A stretch of 64,000 nucleotides of DNA from Eledone cirrhosa (Eukaryota): the NCBI GenBank assembly GCA_964016885.1, contig OZ024740.1, forward strand, positions 180,110,001-180,174,000, written 5' to 3'. The stretch's first letter is position 1, and each line of letters opens with the position of its first letter. The notes under the pieces are model-generated. The model was given only the letters and a program-made list of their open reading frames with translations, did not search any database and had not been told where the DNA came from. This document shows positions 13,664-26,057 of this stretch, one piece after another. Position numbers and translations under genes: made by a program.

Positions 13664-14441
13664 CTAGCATTAAAGCCCGGCGTTGCTCGGGGTCATTAAG
13701 TTACCAAAGTTAGGTTGCACCACCCATTTTATGGCAGCACTTTTTTGTCTGCCAGGCACTAGGTGAATGAATTGCAGACCTGGAAGCAGGAACTGCGCCA
13801 GCAGTGACAATTGTAGTTTCGCCTATGGATATTAGCTCTGTGCAAAAAAGTGTTGAAATTTATTGTTTCACAGTACTTGCGCAACACGCGCGTAGACGAT
13901 GCCAGCCGAACAACAGACCTGCGTTGGAGTTGTTCTGCATGGTTGTCTGTGTGTTTTCTAAATTTAAGACAGTAAGGAGGGTTGTGATATGAGGGAGAGT
14001 TAGCTGTTGTTTCTAGCAGGTTTAGTGACCTCATAGAGGATATGTGTTTTCTAAATTTAAGACAGTAGGGAGTGGTATAATATGGGGGAGAGTTAGCTGC
14101 TGTTTCTAGCAGGTTTAGTGACCTCATAGAAGATATGTTTTCTAAATGTAAGACAGTAGGGAGGGGTTAGATATGGGGGAGAGTTAGCTGCTGTTTCTAG
14201 CAGGTTTAGTAACCTCATAGAGGATATGTGTTTTCTAAATTTAAGACAGAAGGAAGTGGTGTGATATGGGGGAGAGTTGGCTGCTGTTTCTAGCAGGTTT
14301 AGTGACCTCATAGAAGATATGTTTTCTAAATTTAAGACAGTAGGGAGGGGTGTGATATGGGGGAGAGTTAGCTGCTGTTTCTAGCAGGTTTAGTGACCTC
14401 ATAGAGGATATTATTGTTTATCATTATCTATAAAAGGCAGA
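13664..14441 (-). mobile_element. Non-autonomous Helitron carrying an internal minisatellite
   Basis: Minus strand: A|TCTGCCTTTTATAG at 14441, then hairpin CCGAGCAACGCCGGG and CTAG|T at 13667-13663. Confidence 0.75.
13953..14410. repeat. Five-copy 91/93 bp minisatellite
   Basis: gttttctaaat recurs at 13953, 14046, 14137, 14230 and 14321 (spacings 93, 91, 93, 91). Confidence 0.9.
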
Positions 14442-15039
14442 TTGTTGTTGTTGAAGTGTGTGTGTGTTTGTATGCGTTTGGAAAAGAGGTTTTAAAAAAG
14501 ATTTATCGCTTGTTGTTGAATAAATGTATCTGTTGCTTTTGAATAATTGTCGTTTCGTATGAAATGTAATAATTGTTTCTACTTTTTTGGCACAAGGCCA
14601 GCAATTACCAGTACATTACTGGTACTTTATGTAATAATAAACGTTCTCTATCTCTCTCACTCTCACTCTCTTCTCTCTCTCTCTCTCTCTCTCTCTTCGG
14701 CAATCACGCACGTTGTCAGATGATATGAGAGAGTAAAACGGACAGTATCACCATCAAGCTTGGAAAGAGAAAGTAGCAGAAAGTATGAGGTTGTATAGAT
14801 TTTGAATGGTAGTGGAAAGAGTTTAGCAGTTTAAATGACAGAGGAACATCGTAAAATATTGAGTTTTATCTATTTTTTGCGTCATTGTGGGTGAAATTGA
14901 AAAAATTAGATGTGCCAAGACGCTATTTCGAATACTGAATTGTAAATTTCAATTGAAGAAATTCTATATCGTAGATTTCTATAAGAAAGGAGCATGACCA
15001 CACACTGAGCTTTATAGATTATGATAAATGCAAATAATG

Positions 15040-15305
15040 AAATTTCATTTCTCAATCTTAGCACGGCTGATACTTAAATGTAAGTATGTATACGTACATA
15101 CATATATGTATACAGACGTACAGTAGTATGTATATACATACATACAATTCGGGCTGTTTGTTTACAAACAAACCGAATTATTATAATAAATGCTCGGTAA
15201 ACCCATACGTACATATATATATATGTGTGCATGTATGTATGTACATACATACTAGTGTACGTCTGTATATATATATATGTATGTACGTATACATGCTTAT
15301 ATATA
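15040..15305. mobile_element. Family X fragment with 5' inversion (homologous to 41917-42820)
   Basis: 15040-15146 matches 41950-42045 and 15147-15303 matches 42670-42815. Confidence 0.7.
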
Positions 15306-15310
15306 TAAAA

Positions 15311-15916
15311 TTATCTCCAAATTATTTTGTTGAGCAAAAATTTGCCAAAACTACTGCTATAGTTCATAGTAATAGTCAGGCTACTGTCTTATTAACACCC
15401 CACTCCTCACTGATTAACCTCGATGTCACGTGATTGATTCTTTTGAATTCGCCACCGACCAAGAAGGCAGTGATTTTTTCAATGTCCTGGAATTTAGTCC
15501 TCGCTTCCTTTTTTCCATCCACTGAATTATTTTTATTTAAGTTCCCTGTGTCCACGCATCGCCTGGGAACTTAGCTGAGAATTGACTTCCTGATGACGAA
15601 AGGTATTCTCCATGTTCCATTCGGGAACCATGTTTATTCCCTTTCAGAAACTAATTAGTTGGAGTGAAATTTTAGTAAGTAAGTTAATTTTTATAATTTT
15701 CTTATTTTACGTCTTTCATATAATTGTTCTGCATCCCCTTCCATTGAACTGCAAAGTTACTAACACAAAACCTGTATATTTGCTAGCATAGGTATGTATC
15801 TGTATATATATGTTGGTAGATATACAAATTCTTTATAATTATCTCCAAATTATTTTGTTGAGTAACAATTTGCCAAAACTACTGCTATAGTTCATAGTAA
15901 TAGTCAGGCTACTGTC
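15311..15916 (+). mobile_element. Retrozyme-like family Y, ~1.15 tandem units (528 bp period)
   Basis: ttatctccaaattattttgttgag recurs at 15311 and 15839. Contains an HHR at 15585-15665. Diverged homolog at 42861-43758 on the minus strand. Confidence 0.75.
15585..15665 (+). ncRNA. Type I hammerhead ribozyme with extended stem II
   Basis: acttc-CTGATGA-cgaaagg...cctttca-GAAA-ctaattag-TT-ggagt. Palindromic stem III, GUU site. Confidence 0.8.
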
Positions 15917-16152
15917 CTTAATTGTAAGTTGCAACATCACAACTTACAATTAAGGACAAAATGAAAACACACACACACATAGAACAAACACCCAACCAGT
16001 TACATATAAATAAACAAATAAATAAACAAATATAAACACACAGAGACACCCATATGTAACACATGCGCAAACTAAGCACACATCACAAACAAAAACAAGA
16101 TGGTGTAGGACAGAACAAAGGAGAGGCACAAACACAAATAAAATAATCCCCG

Positions 16153-16195
16153 GTCACTGAAGAGGTCACCGAATGTGTGACGAAAGAACTTTGAC
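16153..16195 (+). ncRNA. Minimal type I hammerhead in a PLE 3' tail (~15950-16340)
   Basis: gtca-CTGAAGA-g-GTCAC(cgaatgt)GTGAC-GAAA-gaac-TT-tgac. Same stem III and site as the HHR at 62622-62667. Confidence 0.75.
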
Positions 16196-16338
16196 AATAT
16201 ATGAACAATCATCTGGTTGTGGAACCAACCAACCAACCGGAAATTTATAAATTCCTAAATTTATTATAATAAATTGAAGTGAAAGCTTTGGGTGCGTGTG
16301 TTTCATATTGGCAACATGACCCTCCCAAAGTATAACAA

Positions 16339-16405
<67 letters not shown>

Positions 16406-16406
16406 G

Positions 16407-16450
<44 letters not shown>

Positions 16451-16566
16451 TACTCACACTTACACACAAGCTATTGACCAGGTAATAGTTGGTATCAATG
16501 GGTTAAAGACGTCTGTCAAATCAATTAGCGGCGAAGGTAGTATATATATATATATATATTTTGAAC

Positions 16567-17010
16567 ATTTTGAAAGTAGATTTATAAGTATGAATTGTCA
16601 GGTGATTTTCGTAGCTGCCTCATTGGCCTAGCGGTAGGTACTAGTGACGTTGCAGATCCTGGTCTTGGGTTCAAGCCTGGTCGAGAGGAATATGTAATCT
16701 TTTTCTGTGTTTACTTCACATCCCATAGAAAAGAAATAAACCGAAAAGCTTTACTGGAACACTAGTGCTGACCACTATCGAATTTCAGACCTGGATGACC
16801 ACCGTCTATGCCTCCTCCAACTAGGCCGCCATAAAATAGAAATTAATAATTATAAATCTACTTTGAAAATCAAAGTTTAAAAGTTATGGTGTCGTTCATA
16901 GCTTTCCTAGTGATGTTAGTCATATTTAGGGTGGACTTGTCAAACTTCTGCCTCTTTGGTAAAAACCTTATTATTCATATGTGTGTTGAATGAATTTAAT
17001 TTGATTTTTT
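16567..17010. mobile_element. Foldback element with two convergent tRNA-like (Pol III) heads, copy 1
   Basis: 21 bp TIR attttgaaagtagatttataa (16567) / ttataaatctactttgaaaat (16850-16870). Plus head has TGGCCTAGCGG and GGTTCAAGCC; minus head has GGCCTAGTTGG and AATTCGATAG. Shared ~140 bp right flank with copy 2. Confidence 0.55.
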
Positions 17011-17069
17011 TAACAAACAAATAATATATATAAATATAACTAATATAATATAATATAATATAAGATAAG

Positions 17070-17175
<106 letters not shown>

Positions 17176-17464
17176 ATACCTATCATGGAAAGTTCGAATT
17201 TGACATGCAAAAACACATATATGTGAATAAAGTAAGCCCGAATCATAGTAGATTCAAATTTCACAGAAAGAGAGAGAGAGAGAGGGAGGACTTGGAGAAA
17301 TGAGGTGCAACAGAAATTAAACATGGATTACATCTTAAAATATAGCTTAGATAGATGAGAAACCAAACAATGACGTAGTTTATGAAACACCCAAATGATT
17401 TATAGGTCGACCTGCAGTAGGAGAAATAACATTAAGAAAGACATGAAAAACACCACATCATTTT

Positions 17465-17920
17465 GTTTTGAAAATAGATTTTTAAGTATGAATTGTCAGA
17501 AGATTTTCGTAGCAGACTCAGTGGACTATCGGTAGATAATAGAGATGGTGAAGGTCTTGGTTTTAATACTGGTCGAGAGGTAAATATAATGTTTTTCCGT
17601 TTTTATTTTACACCCCATAGAAAAAAAAACTGAAAATAATTTACCAGAGTCTTATTCCCGACAAGGATCGAACTTCAGACCAGGAATCCCACCGTCTATG
17701 ATTCCTCCAATCAGGCCGCGGTGAGAGGTACGAAACTACAATGAATATTAATAATTATATACCTACTTTCAAAATCAAAGTTTAAAAGATGTGGTGCTGT
17801 TCATGTCTTTCCTAGAGCTATTAGTCTTATCTAGGGTTGACTTGTCAATATTCTGGTTCCTTGGTAATAGCCTTATTATTCCTATGTGTGTTTAACTGTT
17901 GAATTAATTTAATTTGATTA
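17465..17920. mobile_element. Foldback tRNA-head element, copy 2 (diverged direct duplicate of 16567-17010)
   Basis: Colinear similarity throughout, including the ~140 bp right flank. Minus head has B-box AGTTCGATCC. Confidence 0.55.
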
Positions 17921-18003
17921 TTTTATAAATAAATAATATGTAAATATATATACATACACATATACACACACTCCCATATGTATATATACACACACACACA
18001 CAA

Positions 18004-18040
<37 letters not shown>

Positions 18041-19364
18041 CAAATAAAATACTGAGTTATTAAATCATATTGATACCCTGCAATTAACAAGCTCAAAGTA
18101 TAAATACTGAGCATTATATAATAGTATATGTAGAAATTGACACACTAAATTCCGTGTCTAGAATTACGATGGTATCTGTTACAAACACAATTTTCAGGGC
18201 GAAACATTAAATCTGTAATCTGTCCGAGAGATGAAATATTTTCTGTTGGAGAAGGTAAGATATTTTTGCTGCAAAAATTTGATTGCACAGTTTTGTTTCC
18301 ACTTATGTATTTTTTGAAAACATTATTTATTCATTATAAACATTAAATGATAGCATTCTATATGTAGGCTTCACCTCCTGCCAACCAATATGTTTAGACC
18401 CAGTCAGCCACTGAGTAGGGGTATATCTAATGATAAGCGATATTTCTGGCGTGTTCATGCATTAATAAATATGAATAAAATGTCCTGCATTCCATCTATG
18501 TATAGAAGAAAATATCAGAAACTATGATTGGAAGGAATTGCATTGAAACTACTGAATAATTATTTATTTTCTTTGAAAATAGGATTCCATGCAATAATTT
18601 AGCTGACATCTGACCTTCACATTTTTGTGAATAACATAATTTTCATATAAATATGAACGAGTACATTTCTATTGTGTCCTGATGAACTTTAACAATAGTT
18701 ATTATTCTGATACTAATATTCCATTTCACAAATACTTCTTCTTATTCTAGAATAAGCGTATAATACCAATACAATGTTCTAGAACACGTATTCTTATGTT
18801 ACGTACATTTTTCTTGAATAGACATACAGCAAAAGAAATACCGCACCACTGTTTTTGCTAAGAAATGAAAGATTAAAGATAGAATCCAAATTCCATGCAT
18901 AATCCATCATGGTCAATTATGATTGTACCCCAGATTTGACATAAATTCTCATATTTAGAATCCATAATTCAAGTCACAAAGAGGTGGGTTTGTCTCCTGG
19001 TGTAACAAATTATGTGAAAGTCAATTCATGACATCTGTGTCACTGAGGCTTAATGTGTGATGTTTATCCGTAGAATAATGCTTTCAGACAGAGATTTCAA
19101 ATGTTTCTGCATGTGTTTCTTTCCTTTATATGAAGCTAAAAGAAGTAAATAGTTATCAACCGCATGCGTATATAATTTTGTCAACCAATAATTCAATATT
19201 CATTCAACGTAATTAGTTTTACGTATTGTTGTCTCCATTTACTTCAATAATAATTTATATTTCCATTTACCATATTCGTAAGTAAATATATGTTAAAGTA
19301 TACTAGAAATTGCAAATAATATTTATTCCTCCTGCAGAATAAATAGAATATATATTATTTCTTT

Positions 19365-19740
19365 TCAAATCCCGCCGAGGTTAACTTTGCCTTTCTTCCT
19401 TATGGGGTCGATAAAATAAAGTACCAGTAATGCACTAGGTTATTGCTGGCCTTGTGCCACAAGTAGAAACAATTATTTATTTTATTTTGAATTATATTCA
19501 ATGTTACCATAATGGGCATATAACATTACATTCTAGATATTAATATATACTAATAATTGTTTCTACTTTTGGCAGAAGGCCAGCAATTACCCAGTGTATT
19601 ACTGGTACTTTATTTTATCGACCCCATAAGGATGAAACGCAAAGTTAACCGCGGCGAGATTTGAACTCAGAATGGCAAGGGCCGTAACTCTATACGTCAA
19701 AGCATGGCGCTCGACCCTCTACCGATACTGCAAATCCACC
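19365..19740. mobile_element. Inverted pair of tRNA-derived SINEs (19365-19475 plus, partial; 19552-19740 minus, near full)
   Basis: Minus copy has an A-box-like ttgcagtatcggta and B-box gagttcaaatc. Shared body ggggtcgataaaataaagtaccagt and tail gtagaaacaatta. Confidence 0.7.
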
Positions 19741-20289
19741 GAAGTTAACTATGAACTGCCCCCTTCAGTAAATGTTAATAATTCCTACATAGTGTATTTT
19801 TTATGAAACTACTTAATTTTTTTCTCACTTTAAGATATATTTGTGACCATTGTGACAATTTATGATACCGTGTTTACAAACACTTTTAGTAATAAACATT
19901 AAATAGACTAGCTTATTGTAACTCTAACATTTCGTCTTAATTAATCCTTTTTTTACAAATTTACAATAACGTATTTACCTATGTAACACACAGAGTATAT
20001 ATCTTAGGAATATGTAAATAGTAAATATATACATCCATTAGTAATTTTACGAAATGGTCAGTATATCTTCCACAATTATCTTGTTTCTTCAAATTTTATT
20101 TTCCCCTTCTATATTTTCATTGTATTTTTCATATTTCGTTTTTATGCTCATAATAAAAAAAATAATACTTAAGAAGAAGGGAGGTAGGTGTAACAGCCAA
20201 ACTTGCTTGCTTCAATTCGGTATTCATGCCAACCCTTTATTATGTTTATCTCCCGTAATGCCCGAATAAAAATGGTCGTGAATACAAGC

Positions 20290-20650
20290 GAGCACATTTT
20301 AAAACTCCAAAGAGCCTTTGGAGTAACTTTACGCGACAGAGTGAGTAGCTCACATATCAGAGATGATACACTCTAGTTAGAGCTGCTGCTACGCCAAATT
20401 GAGAGATCACAGCTCTGATACTACGGGCATGTGGTTAGAATGTCTTAAGAATATATCACTGGACTTATTTTACAAGCAACGCCAAACAGCAGATGATTCA
20501 GAGGTAGGAACTGAGGAAAATGAATGGATAAAATCTATGAGTTCGGCTGCTTCCACTTGGGATGTCCGGCCGGATCAATTGGAGGTGGTTGCTTCTGAAA
20601 CGTCCCATTGGAAGAAGTGCTTAAGGCTTCTGATTAATTCCCATTGAATT
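20290..20650 (+). pseudogene. Decayed RTE-clade (Expander-like) LINE 3' fragment
   Basis: Translates LQRAFGVTLRDRVSSSHIRDDTL*LELLLRQIERSQL*YYGHVVRMS, typical of the RTE C-terminal region. Confidence 0.6.
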
Positions 20651-22229
20651 AATCTGAAACGAATTTATATTATCCATAAACGTTTACACAGACATCCGAA
20701 CGTATACTTTGATAACCACTTCAAGGTATAAATAATACATACATAAACGCATATATTCATACATATATTTATATATGCAATCAATTATACATCCATCCAT
20801 CTATACATGCATACATACATTCATACATACATACATACATACATGCATACATACATTCATACTTACATGCATACATACATGTACGCATTATTCAATACAT
20901 AGACTGACATTATATACATCCGCAAATTCAAATAGTAACGTTTAACAAGAAACAAGTCAGAAACTGCATTGGCCCAAATCAAATCCCATAATTTCATTTC
21001 TTTCAGTTTATAACAACTCAATTTCAAATTATATTGATGACATCTGAGATCATTTGTTCACAGGAAAAATAAATTGAATAATTTGACAACCTAATTAAAG
21101 AAGAAATATAAATTATACAATTGCTAAATAAAAGTAAAAGCAATGTGATCATATCAAAATTATAATTCATTTATAACTTCAGCAAACTCTCGTAAGGAGA
21201 GGGACAATGTTTCAGAAAATGATTGATTTTCATAACGCAATGATATATTTGTTGTCTTGTTTTCAATCGATTTAATGTACTACAAGTATATTTTTTTCCG
21301 ATCCCAGATGATGCCAAGCGAAATTGAATTCTGTTGTATTTCAGCTCAGAAATTGTAGGGGTGTACTGATATCATTTTTGGTCTTTAAAAGTGTCATCGC
21401 TATGTGATTTATTGCGATGACAGTGTGAATATCGTAGCGCGCAGGATCACCTCCATGAAAAATGAATATTGATAATGTTGGCCTTTCACGACTTGATTAA
21501 TTCAAATAATCCTTCAAATCTGAAGCCATCCCCAAATCAATCCAAAATATTCGCGTAGTCTGTACCATAGAAAGCGATTGGTTATTGGATTTGGCATAGA
21601 AATGTCGGTCTTCTATGAAAAGAAGGACAATTAAATGTAGATTATCTTCCTAAGGAATGGTTTTCCTTAGCTATGTTTAAAACATCGCTTACGAGATTAG
21701 GTCTATTATGAACAGCATAGGAGAGATAACTTAGCTTAGATAGATTACTCTTATAATCTGTACATCTGCTACTTGATGGTAACCCATGCCTCCAATGTTG
21801 CATGTGATTCTTTCGAAAATGATTGAACTTTTCCGAGCTATGGATAGCTCAGCATTTGATGTGTGTAAGACTATTTTATATATCATTTGTAAAATCTATT
21901 CGTGCAATACTCATATTCATTATCCTCTATCTGCGATACCCCAAGAACACTGATTATTAATTGATCTTTCCATCCTGTTTGCTTGAAATCCATTTCTGTG
22001 TGATATGTGAGACATCAGGAATTTGTTTGTGTCTATCACTAACACAAAGTTTGGAAAAGCTGTGATATCTTGTTTTTGATATGTTTGTCTTTGTGTGTGC
22101 ATGCTATTTTTGTCATTCGATTTGGTAATGGAAGTCGTGGAGTTTGTGTTCTTGGAGATATATCTGGGTTGAATTAGCATGGTTTTAATGATAGTGAAGC
22201 AAAACACTAAGGTGGAAATGACATTAAAA

Positions 22230-23150
22230 TGGCATAAAATGACATAATTCGTTGAAGATATGATTTAAGCAAACCTGAGCTATGGCTTAAAAAAGGGAAA
22301 AAATAAAATGGAAAGGAGACTTATTGAAAGATATTAGACAAGATATATAAACTACGGAATAATGGATTCTCTACAGTTAAACTAGAGGATTTTGTAGAAA
22401 TGCCAGTAGCATATATGGGAACAGATATAAGAAGTTCGAAGAGAATATATTGTTCCAATATAATCCAAAGCAATTATTCCGCACTTTATAGGCAGTATGA
22501 ATGATGTCGTTGGTAATGCTGACCAGGCCAAGAGTTTATGGTATACAGTATTACGAAACATCGTGATGCATAAACGGGATCCCGAGTGGATAAAAGCCAT
22601 GAAAACCGAATTGCGAGGAGGAAATAGCTCAATAGTTATTACGATAATTACAGTAGATGCGAAGGCTAATGTGTTTAACATACCAAATTTGACTCAGAGA
22701 GGTTCATGTGAGACTGGCAACTCAATTTAATTAATGTATCAAGGGAGATGCAGTTCCCTCTTGGAAGGTCAAGGGAAAAACAACTCTTGTAATACAATAT
22801 GGAAGGGGAAGGTTGTGGAAGACTATGGCCTTATAGCATGCCTACACATAATATGGAAGGTGCTTACAGAGATATTTGTGGAAAATATGTTACAGGAAGG
22901 AATAAAATCAAGCGATCAAAATGAGCGTAGAAAAATATCTCAGGATAACTAAGATCACCTGGTTATTGATAAGATGGATTTGAGGCATCGTAGAAACCAT
23001 CATACAGACATATCTCAAACCTGGATTGAATTACAAATGCATATGATATGGTGTCTCGTTGGATTGTTGAATGCCTGTAAATATTTTCTATAACTGACAA
23101 CATCATAAAGTTTCCTTTGAATAGTACGCTAGAGGATTTTATTCCTTGGA
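22230..23150 (+). pseudogene. Decayed R4/Dong-like LINE RT fragment
   Basis: Broken reading with HKRDPEWIK, YGLIACLHIIWKVLTEI, DHLVIDKM and NAYDMVSRWIVECL, resembling R4/Dong RT (KAYDxVPHxWIxECL). Confidence 0.55.
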
Positions 23151-23819
23151 GGGTTAGAAAATAAAAAGGGTGTCTTGCAATGTAACTCAATTTCATCATT
23201 ATTGTAAATTATTCTCATCAGCCCGGTACATTATGATGGTTGTCCCGCCGCCTTCCTTTAAAGAGGAAGGACAAGCTGTATTTATCTGTCATGGGGAAAT
23301 GGCGAAAGATGATGAATAGTGTACGCGCTTGAAAGATTTGTAATTGGGCACTTTCCTCTTCGCAAAACCCTAAGTAACATATTCAGATTTTACTTAAATA
23401 GTACAATCAGGGCGAAGAAGTGATTGCTGCCTTCAATCAAATTTGTTGAAGGGTGGGTGAGGGCGATGCGCAGGACCTGAGTATGAACCCGTAGATTAAG
23501 TTGGACAACTGAGACAAGGCACTTACCCTAGAAATAAGGGCACATGTGGTATTATGGGATTTTCTTCTATGAGTAACCCTCGAACGTCTCCTCCTTATTG
23601 AGGTATAACCTACATCATTCTTATTATTACCTTTCTTTTGTTTACACGTAAAACCCACACACCAAGACACATATAAATACACTCCATATTTTCGTCCTCT
23701 GCCGCCATAAGGTTTTTTTTTATATTAACACTTGTGGTGAATGAATAAATCGTTATTATTATGGTTGTTGTTATTATTATGATAATTACTGTAACTATTA
23801 TTATTGTTGTTGATGATTT

Positions 23820-23866
<47 letters not shown>

Positions 23867-23867
23867 A

Positions 23868-23902
<35 letters not shown>
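23820..23902. repeat. (AGT)n microsatellite
   Basis: Direct reading. Confidence 0.95.
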
Positions 23903-24229
23903 TTTTAGTATTAGTCATATCTGCAATAAATAACCATGCTTTCAGTGAAAATTATTTTGATTTTAATTCCTGGAATCATTTATTCTCCGGGGTCATTAAA
24001 CTATAAATCATTCTATATATAGTTCGATATGAATTTGTTTATGTGTACCTGCGAGTGTGTAAGGAGGGCATTACAAGTTTGGTGTTTTGATGTTTGCTTG
24101 AAAATTTCCGAGAATCAATTTTTTTTCGAAATAGAGGGTAACAGTTTGAGAAATCATATACATGTTTATATTCGTATTTGGTCATATCTATACATGTACA
24201 CACCACACACAAAGCCACACACACACACA

Positions 24230-24287
<58 letters not shown>

Positions 24288-24383
24288 CATATGATATATA
24301 TAAATATATATAAATATATATATATATGTACATAAATATATATAAATATAATAATTATATATACATATATATATATGTTAATG

Positions 24384-24422
<39 letters not shown>

Positions 24423-24458
24423 TACATATTAATATATACATACACACACACACACGCA

Positions 24459-24499
<41 letters not shown>

Positions 24500-25173
24500 T
24501 ATGCCGTGTGATGTGTATATGATATAAACGTGAGTGTAATGCTAAATTGGCAGATATAAGTCATGATTTCTTACATATTGTCAGTTTTGATTTATAATAT
24601 GTTCATGTTATCAGATTTTGAAACATTGAAAGACTCCCATGAAAAGAAAAATACATCATACAATATCTGAGCATTCCAAATCCATAACAGAATTATTTTT
24701 GCTAGAAATACATCATTTGACATTAATCTTAATATGTCTAAACGATCAAATGTTACCCCATTAATCACTCACACACATTCTTCGTGGAAATGCTGATCGT
24801 CCTGCTTCAAATATAAAGACTATAGACGGTTGAAATGATTTTCTTACCGTGAACATATTAGAACAAATAATTCAATATTTCTTTCGATAATATTCTATCG
24901 AATCTAAATAATAAATCCCATTCGTAAATGAAATTTTATTAATGTGTTTGTTACTATCACAATCACAGATGCAAAATTAATAATGGAATGTATTTAAAAA
25001 AGAAAATTTACAAAATAACATTTCGGACTACAAGCCAAAATTACATATTTAGTGTATAATAGGTATTTGTATAAATAAACATTAATATATATATATATAT
25101 ATAGACACGTACGGCACATAAAGAAGGACACACTGTTCCCTTCTCCGACATACATCTTTCTCCTCGGAAAACC

Positions 25174-25208
25174 TCCCTGTCGATGGATGTAAAATCCGAA
25201 ATGTAGGG
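25174..25208 (+). ncRNA. Decayed minimal hammerhead
   Basis: tcc-CTGTCGA-tGGAT(gtaaa)ATCC-GAAA-tg-TA-ggg; A6 is mutated. Confidence 0.4.
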
Positions 25209-25466
25209 ACCAACACATCTCTTCCAGGGTAACTCTATCTCTAGTGTTCTTTCTATGGCTGTTTTACTTTCTCTACGTCTCTTTCTACACTTCTTCTTAC
25301 TTATCTCCCTCTCCTCATAGTACTACCAGATTTTGTTTGCCTGAGATTTACCCATAGGCATCGTAGAGGCATCCAAAACAACTATTACATATATATAATA
25401 GCTATCTCTTTATATTGAGATGTTATGTATATTCGTTGTGAATTTAGTTATGTATTATTGTGTATG

Positions 25467-25526
<60 letters not shown>

Positions 25527-25612
25527 TAATAATAATAAATTTTAAGAATAAAATCCAAAGAGGGCTCGATAAGGATAAATAAATATCAAATATATGAGAA
25601 CCGTAGAGCAAA

Positions 25613-25744
25613 TATTTATTAAAATAACAGATTAAATTTTAAGCAAATAATCGCTGTTTTCTCTCTTAACGGGATCTTCAGAAGATCCCGTTAAGGGTGA
25701 AAGCAGCGATTCTTTGCTTAAACTTTAATCTGTTATTTTAATAA

Positions 25745-25748
<4 letters not shown>
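25613..25748. repeat. Palindrome of a PLE 3' tail (family of 59640-59710), centred on the HHR core
   Basis: ~67 bp arms meeting at gggatcttca|gaagatcccg. The right arm is nearly identical to 59650-59710. Confidence 0.8.
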
Positions 25749-25814
<66 letters not shown>

Positions 25815-25986
25815 CAAGTAAGTATGTTTTGAAACAGTGAGCAGGTTTGAAATTAGAAAATAGAATAGCTTTCACCGTATTTTTGACTAAATAAATTTTA
25901 GCCTGATAATGGGGTTTAGAACCGTCAGAAAAATGGAAAGATGAGTATTATATATACAAATATATGAACGTGTGAAGGTATATAAG

Positions 25987-26057
<71 letters not shown>

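Noticed and set aside
13953-14410. CRISPR-like regular repeat
   Set aside because: Whole units repeat with no unique spacers, there are no cas genes, and the context is a eukaryotic Helitron.
16612-16690. Functional tRNA gene
   Set aside because: A and B boxes are present, but acceptor and anticodon stems do not pair properly and the second copy is freely diverged.
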